Shown: positions 39,385 through 47,849 of the stretch, piece by piece | How the letters are laid out: every line of letters starts with the position of its first letter | Position numbering within the stretch: position 1 is the stretch's first letter | IMG/VR virus record: IMGVR_UViG_3300033571_009591 | Location: 1 to 64,000 of that record | From: a virus | Length of the DNA: 64,000 bases | Strand: one strand, 5' to 3' | Notes under the pieces: model-generated | What the model was told of the DNA's origin: nothing | What the model saw: only the letters and a program-made list of their open reading frames with translations | Database searches by the model: none | Position numbers and translations under genes: made by a program

Positions 39385-39472
39385 ATTCAGTAAGGGGGAA
39401 GTCGCTGGTCACCTGAACGACCTGAAACCTAGGGGGTCGGAAACAATACGACTCCCTTACTGAATCTTTTTT
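39385..39472 (+). ncRNA. Stand-alone promoter-driven small RNA candidate
   Basis: TTGACA-17-TATACT (39350-39378), stem ATTCAGTAAGGG/CCCTTACTGAAT, T-run, no ORF. Confidence 0.55.
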
Positions 39473-39539
39473 GACATTACGAAATTGATGTACTAGAGTA
39501 ACTAACACAAGGACACAAAGACAAAGGGAGAAAAGATAT

Positions 39540-40424
39540 ATGAAAAGACTAATACTAATAGTCGCACTTGTAGCGTCATCGCTAACACCTGCGCATGCTC
39601 AACCAACTCAAACTATTGCGGTGATTGACTCAGGAGTCAATACTGCGTTATTTAATAATATTGTTACAGAGGTATGTATTCTTGAATACTCCAACTGCGC
39701 TAATGGAAAGCCTTTCATGGAAGGTAAGGGTGCGGCTCATACAGGAGTGACAACTAATGCTGCGCTTAATCATGCGACTGGAATGATATCTATTATCAAC
39801 AAAGTGAACCCTTCAGTAAATATTATTCCAATTCGTATTATTGGAATTACTGATAAAGGTAACCCATTTATTTACTCAAACAATGCGGTGAAGTTAGCAC
39901 TCGACTGGGTTGTTGCTAACCACGCTAAATACAATATTACTGCGGTATCCGTATCGCAGGGTAAAGTTTTTGCTGGATGTAGAGTCCCTGATGGAACTGC
40001 CAATGCGGTAGCAACACTAAAGGCTAACAATGTTGCCGTAATTGGTGCGACAGGTAATGCTAGTAATCGAAAAGAGATGGACTCGATTGCCTGCCTACCT
40101 GATGTAATCTCGGTAGGGGCAACAGACAACCCTGATAAGGGAACTAGCGGAATTGCTTACGACCCTAAGGCAAAGCCATATATTGCTCGATACAGTAATG
40201 GTAATGCTCAGACAAGTTTTTACTTGAACGCTAGATGGTATGTACTTCAGAGTAATGGAACTCAGAAGTTTACAGTCGGAACTTCCAACTCAACTGCCTC
40301 ACTCGCTGGACTATGGACGCTGAATAGGAAGTCAAGCGTTGCGGAAACGCAAGCAACTCTCAACTCTTTAGCAACAACTGCGAGTAACGAGTGGCTAACA
40401 GGAAAGTATCTTCAGATTCCATAA
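39540..40424 (+). CDS. Secreted subtilisin-like (S8) serine protease
   Basis: Signal peptide; AVIDSG (Asp), NHATGM (His), VGTSNS (Ser). Confidence 0.85.
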   Translation: MKRLILIVALVASSLTPAHAQPTQTIAVIDSGVNTALFNNIVTEVCILEYSNCANGKPFMEGKGAAHTGVTTNAALNHATGMISIINKVNPSVNIIPIRIIGITDKGNPFIYSNNAVKLALDWVVANHAKYNITAVSVSQGKVFAGCRVPDGTANAVATLKANNVAVIGATGNASNRKEMDSIACLPDVISVGATDNPDKGTSGIAYDPKAKPYIARYSNGNAQTSFYLNARWYVLQSNGTQKFTVGTSNSTASLAGLWTLNRKSSVAETQATLNSLATTASNEWLTGKYLQIP

Positions 40425-40735
40425 CCTAACCCCTTAGGAAAAAGTAAAAATAGATGCCCCCTCCCCCGAGGGGGTTTTCTATTGTTGCGGTGCTTGACTT
40501 TCTACAAAAAAGTGCTAAACTTAGATCAACAAAACGAAAGGGGAAAGTAAATGGAACTAGAAGTAGAATTGGCTCAATGTACGCGGTGTGAGGATGAAGT
40601 TGATGCGAGCACACTAATGGCTTATGGCGATTGGGAATTGTGTGAGATATGCCAGGACGACATTTAATATCAAGTATTGACTTTCTAAAAAATTATTTTT
40701 ATACTTACGCTACTTAATAAGAAAAGGGGAACACA

Positions 40736-41200
40736 ATGAAAGATACACACGAGATTGTAAAGTGTAAGAATTGCTTAAAAGATACCGAATACTCTTCATA
40801 TGAAGTCTACGAAGCAATATGCTTAAAGTGCCAGAAGCAAGTGGTGGTATTAGAAAGCGATTGCGTGTGCGCAGATGAAGATGGTCCAGACTATGGTGAG
40901 TGCTTCGGTTGCTATGATGATGCTAAAGATAATCTTAAGTATCTAATCAACGCTTGGGTAGATGCTCAAGGTAAAGAATTTTCTGAAGTCCGTATAGATG
41001 GAACGGGAATGGGATGGCAACGCCAGAGTGGTTATGCCCATACGGACATAGATGATATTGCTCATGCCCTCGCACTTCGCGGTGACTTCCGTATTATCTT
41101 TACTTTAGAAAATGGCGAACTAACTGCGACTCGATCATCTCATGATGAACCTACGGGAGCGCACTTCACCTTCACGCCAAGCGACACGCCAAGCGAGTAA
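40736..41200 (+). CDS. Hypothetical Cys-rich protein
   Basis: Promoter plus RBS; GMGWQ...SHDEPTG. Confidence 0.7.
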   Translation: MKDTHEIVKCKNCLKDTEYSSYEVYEAICLKCQKQVVVLESDCVCADEDGPDYGECFGCYDDAKDNLKYLINAWVDAQGKEFSEVRIDGTGMGWQRQSGYAHTDIDDIAHALALRGDFRIIFTLENGELTATRSSHDEPTGAHFTFTPSDTPSE

Positions 41201-41555
41201 GGTTGCGTATATTGATTGACTATGTTATGCTTACTCCATAACAATAACGAAGGGGGAATAAAATGATCTGCTCAAGTTGCTCGATAAGAGGTATCCGTGT
41301 TTGCTACCATATCGCGGTAAGTAAAGATGAACTTTACACGGAATATCTCGAAGATTAAATAGTAATTAAAAGCCCCCACCAAGTGTGGGGGTTTTTCTTT
41401 GCCGCGATGCATTTAGCAAAAAGTAAAAATTCAACAGCTGCGGTTGTCAGCTGCGCAACTGCAAACAACTTCGCCACTTCCGCTTACTACCTACTAATAC
41501 TTGACTTTCTATAAAAAAGTAGTAGACTTAGGTTAACAAAACGAAAGGGGAAAAA

Positions 41556-41981
41556 ATGTTAATTTCACCAAAGCAACTCGCGTTCGCGGGACGCCTTGCC
41601 AACGAACGCGGAGTCGCGCTCGCTACTGATTTTTCTACTTGGTCAATGAACCAAGCAAGCGAGGAAATTGCTCGCCTACTCGCAATGCCAAAGGTTGGCG
41701 TACGCGTACTTCCTGAAGGTATCTACTTCAAGGATGGGATTGTCTACAAGGTTCAAGTGTCTGGTGCTGGACGCTCATACGCAAAGGTCTTGCGTGAAAA
41801 GGGTGGGTTCGAGTACGACAATACTGCCATCAAGAATCTTTCCATCGAGGATAAGATTACGATTGAGCAGGCTAAGGCATATGGCGTTCAGTATGGCGTC
41901 TGCGTTGTCTGCGGAGCGTTGCTTACGGACGCAAAGAGTGTGGCAGCAGGGATTGGGCCGGTGTGCGGTAAGCGCATCTAA
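41556..41981 (+). CDS. DUF6011-domain protein
   Basis: CVVCGALLTDAKSVAAGIGPVC. Confidence 0.8.
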   Translation: MLISPKQLAFAGRLANERGVALATDFSTWSMNQASEEIARLLAMPKVGVRVLPEGIYFKDGIVYKVQVSGAGRSYAKVLREKGGFEYDNTAIKNLSIEDKITIEQAKAYGVQYGVCVVCGALLTDAKSVAAGIGPVCGKRI

Positions 41982-42426
41982 GTATTAAAAGTTAAGCCCC
42001 TCGCATACGCGGGGGGTTTTTCTTTGCTCACTACAAACAACTTCGTTCAGATCTAGCTGCGTGCGGTATGTTTTTACTTTTTGCTAAATATCTCTGCATT
42101 TTTGAGATGCGTCTGAGAGAACTACAAACAACTTCATTACAATAAACGGTAGTACCTCTCGTCCAAAATGCGGTTTGCTTACTAAAATAGTAAGTAGAAC
42201 CTAGAGAAAGGGAGAGAGATGAGCAGAGATAAGAGCGAGGTAGAGTGCGCTGGGTGTAGTCAGGTAATGCTGAGTCAGAAAAAGACTATTGACACTTCGT
42301 GGCATTATGACAAGAGGACAGGCGACCTATGGCACTTGGAGTGCTGGGAAGCCTTCAGGGCTTGGTTTGACTTTCCTGACCTTTAATGATAGACTCGCGC
42401 TAACTAAATAGAAAGGGGGGTTAGTC

Positions 42427-42939
42427 ATGGAAAACCTAGACAACCTCGCAGTAATAGATGAGAGCGTGGAAGCACCGCGCTACGAGATTGAGTATCCACA
42501 AGAGTTGTGGTCTGAAGTCTTAGAAGGATTGTGGATTGGTGGAACAGATGACAATGACATCTACGACCAATTAGAGAAGCCAATGATTAGGCGAGAGCAT
42601 TTCGATACGGTCTTTACGGCGTATGCGTGGGCTAATCCTGTGGATTGGTTTGTCAAAGAAATTCGTTATGGTTTTTGGGATAGCCATGTTCAAGGTGAAG
42701 CAGGGTTTAATCCTGCGGAGTTAGATGACATAGCCTCAATGGCGTATGCGGATTGGAAAAAGGGTAAGAAGGTTTTATTCCGTTGCCAAGCAGGGCTTAA
42801 TCGTTCGAGCCTATGTGCCGCTTTGGTGTTAATGAAAGACGGCTATACGGCAGATGACGCTATCGCCCTTATTCGTGAGAAGCGAAGTAAGTACGCACTA
42901 TTTAATAAGACTTTCGTAGATTACCTGAGAAGCCTGTAA
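42427..42939 (+). CDS. Dual-specificity protein phosphatase
   Basis: CX5R motif RCQAGLNRS; LWIGG; AIALIREKR. Confidence 0.88.
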   Translation: MENLDNLAVIDESVEAPRYEIEYPQELWSEVLEGLWIGGTDDNDIYDQLEKPMIRREHFDTVFTAYAWANPVDWFVKEIRYGFWDSHVQGEAGFNPAELDDIASMAYADWKKGKKVLFRCQAGLNRSSLCAALVLMKDGYTADDAIALIREKRSKYALFNKTFVDYLRSL

Positions 42940-43036
42940 GCGACACGCCGAAGGTCAGGAAGGTTTGACTTATGTCAGGAAGGTCTGTATTATTAAGGTA
43001 TTAACAAAAGTTGTTAATAAGAAAAGGGGTAGAAAA

Positions 43037-43192
43037 ATGAAAACAGAAGCGAAGTTCATCAGACGCCGTATCGCAGTTGCCGTTATATTTTTCGCTATGT
43101 TCGGTTGGGCGTTAGACGCTACAACACCTGAAATGTGTAAAGTACCTGTGGAGCAGATGAACCAATACTGTATAGATTTAATCTACCCATAA
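43037..43192 (+). CDS. Small membrane protein
   Basis: FIRRR followed by TM segment; promoter plus RBS. Confidence 0.55.
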   Translation: MKTEAKFIRRRIAVAVIFFAMFGWALDATTPEMCKVPVEQMNQYCIDLIYP

Positions 43193-43348
43193 TCGAAAGG
43201 GGAATAAAAATGAAATGTTTAACTTGCGGAACTACTGAAGGCATAGTGTATTCAGGCGTAGATGCTTTCTGCCTCGGAGTAGAAACAGAAAAGATTTGCT
43301 ACTCGTGCGCTAATGCGGTTGCCTCACAAAAGAGGTTGGAGTCAGCCA

Positions 43349-43582
43349 ATGAAGGTAACTAAAAAAGGAAAGGCTTTCCTCAAAGAGAGAGAAAGAACTA
43401 GCCCACTTCGTGCGGAGTTTTTACTTAAGTTTGCCTTCATGAGTGACGAACAGTTTTGGAAGTGGTCTGAACTAAAGACAACTGCCGAAGCAAGAGCGTT
43501 TATGGAAGCAATACCAATGCCTCCAATGAGGACAAACAAAATGTTTATCGAACTAGAAAAACAGGAAGGTAGCAAAAAGTAA
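43349..43582 (+). CDS. Hypothetical protein
   Basis: GGAG RBS; stop codon lies in motif A. Confidence 0.55.
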   Translation: MKVTKKGKAFLKERERTSPLRAEFLLKFAFMSDEQFWKWSELKTTAEARAFMEAIPMPPMRTNKMFIELEKQEGSKK

Positions 43583-43733
43583 AAATGACACTAGACACGG
43601 GAACTTTAGTCGCAATAATGATCGCACTTGCAGGCTCATGTACGGTGATGATTATTTCTATTCGCAGAATTGGCGATCTAGAAAGACAGAACAGATTTCT
43701 ACGCAACCAACTAAAAACGAAAGCAGGTAAGTA

Positions 43734-43922
43734 ATGGATGACACAACTCAGGTAGTACTACCCGACAACTGCGGGTTTTCATGTCAGTTCGAGTGGATTG
43801 AGGTTTCCTCAAACTTCTTTAATGTTTCTGTCTATACGCCTGCGCTTATCGCTGGCTTGGCTGGGTATTTGATTTACCGAGTTATTAAGAAGAGCAAGAA
43901 GAGTCCATTTGAGAAAAAGTAA
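43734..43922 (+). CDS. Small membrane protein
   Basis: C-terminal TM segment. Confidence 0.55.
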   Translation: MDDTTQVVLPDNCGFSCQFEWIEVSSNFFNVSVYTPALIAGLAGYLIYRVIKKSKKSPFEKK

Positions 43923-44103
43923 AAACATAGAGGCAGACGCTTCTAAACTCTATGACTCAGGATTGTCCATAGACAATGTTGCTTTGGAGTTAGATGTTTG
44001 CTACCGAACAGCAAGAAGGGCTATTAAGAACGCTGGCGTCACACTTCGTGACCCCTCTGCCCGCCTGAAAGGGCGTACAAGCCCTAAGAGAAAGAAGGGT
44101 TAA
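43909..44103 (+). CDS. Small HTH protein
   Basis: LYDSGLSIDNVALELDVCYRTARRAIKNAGVTLR. Confidence 0.75.
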   Translation: MRKSKNIEADASKLYDSGLSIDNVALELDVCYRTARRAIKNAGVTLRDPSARLKGRTSPKRKKG

Positions 44104-44399
44104 ATGAACAACCTTAGTATAGTTTGGACAGCCGTGGTAGCCGTTGTAGCAGGTCTAGCGTCAATTCTAGCCTCTATCGCTGGTAACGACTCGTTGTCTA
44201 TAAGTTTCGGTCTGTGTGCGGTTGCTTCGTCAATGCTCGCAAGCCGAGAACGCTAAGCCGTTCCTTAGCACCGAAAGACTCACTAACAACCTTCCCCGTT
44301 GGTGAGTCTTTCTTTTGGTGTGTCACTTGCTTTAATTTTTTAATACTGTTAGTATTTGCCTTATCAGGGGAACAGCCCCTAAATATCGAAAGGTAAAAA

Positions 44400-44609
44400 A
44401 TGACCACTTACAAGCGCGTTGCGATTACAGAAAATGCTAAAGGTTTCTCATTTGACCTAGTTACAGAAAACTGGTTACGCCCAAATTCATATTCAAAAAA
44501 TGCTCAAACAATGCTTACACTTGACCAAATTAAGTCAGTCATTACTTACTACTGTAACTACAGAAATGTGGAAGTCATCAATGGCATTATGTATCTTGGA
44601 AAGGTGTAA
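44400..44609 (+). CDS. Hypothetical protein
   Basis: GAAAGG RBS. Confidence 0.55.
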   Translation: MTTYKRVAITENAKGFSFDLVTENWLRPNSYSKNAQTMLTLDQIKSVITYYCNYRNVEVINGIMYLGKV

Positions 44610-44909
44610 AAATGACAAAAGGTACAAATCCGACAAAAGTTCAAATCATTTACATAAATTGCTGGAAGTGCGGGATTTCAATGTCCTTGCCTGAAAAAGA
44701 TTACTATCACGGCGCAAGTTGCGGGAAGTGCTGACAAAAAGGCTACTTTCCTGACCTCTCTGTGCTAAAGTATTACCTATGAATGACGAAAGACGACTTG
44801 AAAGGTAAGTAATACCTCCTCCCCAATGAGGGTGGCTGAGTTGGCTAGTACAGCAACCAACTGCGGTTAGTTGAACGCAGAGTCCATGTCCCCAAACAAA
44901 GGAATACCA

Positions 44910-45506
44910 ATGAATACAGTTCCTAATAAAACTGTCGAACAAATAATCAGCGTAGCCATTGCGGTTGTGTTGGTTTCTTGTTTCTCGAGTTATGTTCAAA
45001 CTTCGAGCGCAGATGTAGTAACAAATAAAGTAACGAAGGCTCAACTGGCTGAAGAGATTGCTGTACATGAACAAAAGATTAAAGAACTTCAACTCAAGAG
45101 GTTTGCAGAACAACGAACACCATTTACAGATGAAGAACTAGCCCAGATGCTTTACGCAGTTGGCTTCGAGGGCAAGGCTCTCCGAGTTGCTTGGGCAGTT
45201 GTAAAGAAAGAGTCCAACGGACGACCACTAGCCTTTAATGGCAACACCCGTACTGGCGATAGTTCATACGGTATCTTCCAAATCAACATGATTGGTGGAT
45301 TAGGCGTAGACCGCCGAGAAAAGTATGACTTAAAAACAAATAGAGAATTATTCGACCCTGTTGTTAATGCTGAGATTGCGCTTCACATGACGAACGAAGG
45401 TGAGAACTGGAGTTCTTGGAAAGTTGGAAGCGGGTATAATGGTAGAGATCAAGCCCGTTTCTTAGACTGGTACAAGAAATTTCCAGAAGGAGTAAACCTC
45501 TCATGA
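44910..45506 (+). CDS. Membrane-anchored lytic transglycosylase (SLT/lysozyme-like)
   Basis: AVVKKESNG, SYGIFQIN, LFDPVVNA, WSSW. Confidence 0.88.
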   Translation: MNTVPNKTVEQIISVAIAVVLVSCFSSYVQTSSADVVTNKVTKAQLAEEIAVHEQKIKELQLKRFAEQRTPFTDEELAQMLYAVGFEGKALRVAWAVVKKESNGRPLAFNGNTRTGDSSYGIFQINMIGGLGVDRREKYDLKTNRELFDPVVNAEIALHMTNEGENWSSWKVGSGYNGRDQARFLDWYKKFPEGVNLS

Positions 45507-46009
45507 CTGAAGAAGTAAACCCAATTCAAGGTCAAGTAGTTCCGACACCCGCCGAGTGGGTTGCTGAGCCACGCCATGAAGAACCTGTGGTTCCCGTTGA
45601 GGAACCTAAGGTTGAAGAAGTAGTTGTTGTTGTTGAACCAACACCAGAAGTTGTTGTTGAACCAACGCCGCCAGCTGCCAAAGAGCCAGTAGCAAAAAGT
45701 AAAAATGAAGAGCCTGTTGCAGCGGCAGCTCCAGCTCATGGCTTAGATGAAAAAGTTGTTCATACATCAGCCTTGGTTTTCAAGTCTAATTCTCACAATT
45801 CTGTATCAGTTGGTTTGGTACAAGAACGCTTAGTTGAGATGGGATTTGTCGATGCCAGTTCAGACAAGTACGGATGGCTATGCGAAGGAACAATGAAAGC
45901 CCTCGCTGAGTTTGCTAACATAAGTGTGGAAGAAGTTAATCTCAAGGACGCTTCAGTCATTGAAGCGTTGTTTGCGGGTACACAAGTTAAGGTCATTGAC
46001 TGTAAGTAA
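45503..46009 (+). CDS. Pro/Glu/Val-rich protein with C-terminal PG-binding-like domain
   Basis: SVGLVQERLVEMGF...DKYGWLCEGTMKAL. Confidence 0.6.
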   Translation: MTEEVNPIQGQVVPTPAEWVAEPRHEEPVVPVEEPKVEEVVVVVEPTPEVVVEPTPPAAKEPVAKSKNEEPVAAAAPAHGLDEKVVHTSALVFKSNSHNSVSVGLVQERLVEMGFVDASSDKYGWLCEGTMKALAEFANISVEEVNLKDASVIEALFAGTQVKVIDCK

Positions 46010-46107
46010 TTCATAATCAGCGTCCAGTCCCTCGTCTAAAATTGAGGGGCTGGGCGCTTTTTACTTTTTGCTAAGCGCTTTCGTGTGGAACATGGAAGGA
46101 CGACACA

Positions 46108-46398
46108 ATGGCAAAGAAAACAATAACGGAAGATGAGCGTGAGAATGCTTTCCTAGAGAAGGCAAAGATGCTTATTGGTCGTGTAGTCGCGGTGTTCGCT
46201 GCGTCTGGATTGTCTGTAGTTGGTGCGGGTTCTCTCTTTGGTATCGAAGTGTGGAAGTCTATTGCGCTCGCTGGAGGTTTGGGTGTCGCTACTGTTGTAG
46301 AGGCTTTGTCCCGCGCCTATCTAGCGGACGGGAAACTTACTACCTCCGAGATTAACGATGCGTTTCGCTTAGTTGATAAGAAGAAGGCTGACGACTAA
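46108..46398 (+). CDS. Holin-like membrane protein
   Basis: Two TM segments, DGKLTTSEINDAF. Confidence 0.6.
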   Translation: MAKKTITEDERENAFLEKAKMLIGRVVAVFAASGLSVVGAGSLFGIEVWKSIALAGGLGVATVVEALSRAYLADGKLTTSEINDAFRLVDKKKADD

Positions 46399-46456
46399 TA
46401 CGGATTGTCAAAAAAGAAACCCCCTAGTTTTCACTAGGGGGTTTTCTTTAATTAGT

Positions 46457-47080
46457 TTAGGAAGTTGCCCTGCGGTTAGAGGCTTTGATTTGCGTATAGA
46501 CACTAGAGCCACCATTTGAAGTCTTATACCCATACCGAACAAGTCTGAAGACAAGTCCCGAAGTGGTAACTCCAAGTAACTTACCGAGTCTGTACATAGA
46601 AACCCCATGTACTGTGTGCGCTTCGTTGAGCAAGTAGGAATACTCTTCGGCTTCAGCGCGGTAGCGCGGTGAGTTTGAGCGAACCTTCTCTGCTATTGGC
46701 TTGAGTTCTTTGAGCCTTGCTAGTAGTTCAGCGGGAGGCAAGGCATGAATAGTCAATGAAGACTTAGGCTCATGCTTTGGAACCTCTGGAATTACTAGAG
46801 TTGGAGGTACAGGCTCTGCGGTGTGCTTGCCTATAATAATTCTTACCATCTCATTTGATAGCCCTGCCGATTTAGCAATGCTGACATGTGTCCACCCTGC
46901 GTGTACTAGCGCAATGATGTAATCATTTCGCAAGTTTTTTAAGTTGCTTTTAGCCAATGCGGTGAAGTTGTTTGTAACCTCTTCAGGTAGTTGAACATTA
47001 GCAACCTTGTTCATGCCTGCGCGTTTGTAGTAGTTTTTACTTTTTGCTAACTGTGTTTCTTCGATTGTCGTTGTTGTCAT
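46457..47080 (-). CDS. Double HTH DNA-binding protein (paralog 2)
   Basis: VRSNSPRYRAEAEEY...GVSMYRLGKLLGVT...RYGY, nearly matching paralog 1. Confidence 0.82.
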   Translation of the reverse strand: MTTTTIEETQLAKSKNYYKRAGMNKVANVQLPEEVTNNFTALAKSNLKNLRNDYIIALVHAGWTHVSIAKSAGLSNEMVRIIIGKHTAEPVPPTLVIPEVPKHEPKSSLTIHALPPAELLARLKELKPIAEKVRSNSPRYRAEAEEYSYLLNEAHTVHGVSMYRLGKLLGVTTSGLVFRLVRYGYKTSNGGSSVYTQIKASNRRATS

Positions 47081-47101
47081 TTGTTATCTGTCCTTTGTCT
47101 T

Positions 47102-47434
47102 TTATAGTCCGAATAGTTTTCGTAGTTTGTTTGCGGTGGCTTCGTCAAGTCCAAGGGTTGAACCTTCTTCATCTACTCCACCCGTGAAGATTACATTTCC
47201 TTTAATTGAGTCTGTCTTTCCGAAAAACTCTTCCCATAAGTCTGTTGCTAGTGAGTTGAATGGTAAGCCGATTAGTTTGCCTTCTTCGTTACACCACATG
47301 GTAAGCGTTGGGTTTAGGTCTACGGCTTCTATCCATCCACCTACTGCTTCTTGAAGTTGCTTTAGTTGTGAACCCTGCTCTGCTAGGTCTACCTCCACCG
47401 CGACTCCATCTGTATTTAACTTAATTGCTAACAT
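47102..47434 (-). CDS. DUF3846 family protein
   Basis: LQEAVGGWIEAV...CNEEGKL.GLP.N. Confidence 0.85.
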   Translation of the reverse strand: MLAIKLNTDGVAVEVDLAEQGSQLKQLQEAVGGWIEAVDLNPTLTMWCNEEGKLIGLPFNSLATDLWEEFFGKTDSIKGNVIFTGGVDEEGSTLGLDEATANKLRKLFGL

Positions 47435-47550
47435 TTGTCTGCCCCTCTTTCTTTGTTGTTATGCCGTAAGTTTAGTACTAGTGTTTTCATTTGTCAAACT
47501 ATCTTACATAAGAAAACCCCCGCATTTCTGCGGGGGCTTGTCTGTGAGTT

Positions 47551-47718
47551 TTAGTTAGTTGCCCAGAAGTCTTCTACTGCGAAGTTCTCGACCTTACTCA
47601 CCTTGCGGTTTCGCTTGTTCATCTTGCGGTCTTGCTTGATTGTGTCAATTACGAAAGGTGAAGCGATTAGTAGGACACCTGTGAAGTAAGCGATAAATAC
47701 TGCTGTATCTGATGACAT
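47551..47718 (-). CDS. Small membrane protein
   Basis: Minus-strand promoter at 47790, AGGGG RBS. Confidence 0.55.
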   Translation of the reverse strand: MSSDTAVFIAYFTGVLLIASPFVIDTIKQDRKMNKRNRKVSKVENFAVEDFWATN

Positions 47719-47810
47719 TTTATTTCCCCTGTTCTGTAAGCACCCCTTGTGCTTATGAGATAAGTTTATCAAACTGTAGGCTAGTGTCAAGTATTATCAA
47801 GCGTTTTCTT

Positions 47811-47826
47811 TGTGATGTCTGTCACA
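47811..47826. promoter_or_regulatory. CRP/GlxR-type box
   Basis: TGTGA-TGTCTG-TCACA upstream of the minus-strand promoter. Confidence 0.6.
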
Positions 47827-47849
47827 CAGATTGCTAGGCGATTACTAGA

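Larger units (their letters stand above)
33423..47539. terminator. Family of intrinsic terminators (e.g. AGCCCCGCAGAAATGCGGGGTTTTT)
   Basis: Hairpin plus T-run near 33423, 34499, 34844, 35759, 36252, 38347, 40456, 41369, 41994, 46418 (bidirectional), 47513 (-). Confidence 0.8.
22698..47790. promoter_or_regulatory. Array of about 30 sigmaA-type promoters (TTGAC(A/T)-16/18-TAnnnT) followed by AAAGGGG(G)AAA RBS
   Basis: -35 at e.g. 22698, 22919, 24340, 24666, 25537, 26432, 26723, 27177, 28874, 31331, 31944, 32940, 33663, 33938, 35325, 35944, 36284, 37051, 38311, 39350, 39470, 40494, 40677, 41501, 42366, 42965 (+) and 47497, 47790 (-). Confidence 0.85.

Noticed and set aside
39411-39445. Hammerhead ribozyme (CTGAACGA...GAAAC)
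   Set aside because: Core does not fit CUGANGA-stem II-GAAA spacing and stems I/III with the cleavage triplet are not evident; kept only as an unnamed RNA
44770-44910. c-di-AMP (ydaO) riboswitch before the transglycosylase
   Set aside because: Conserved ydaO segments not found by eye
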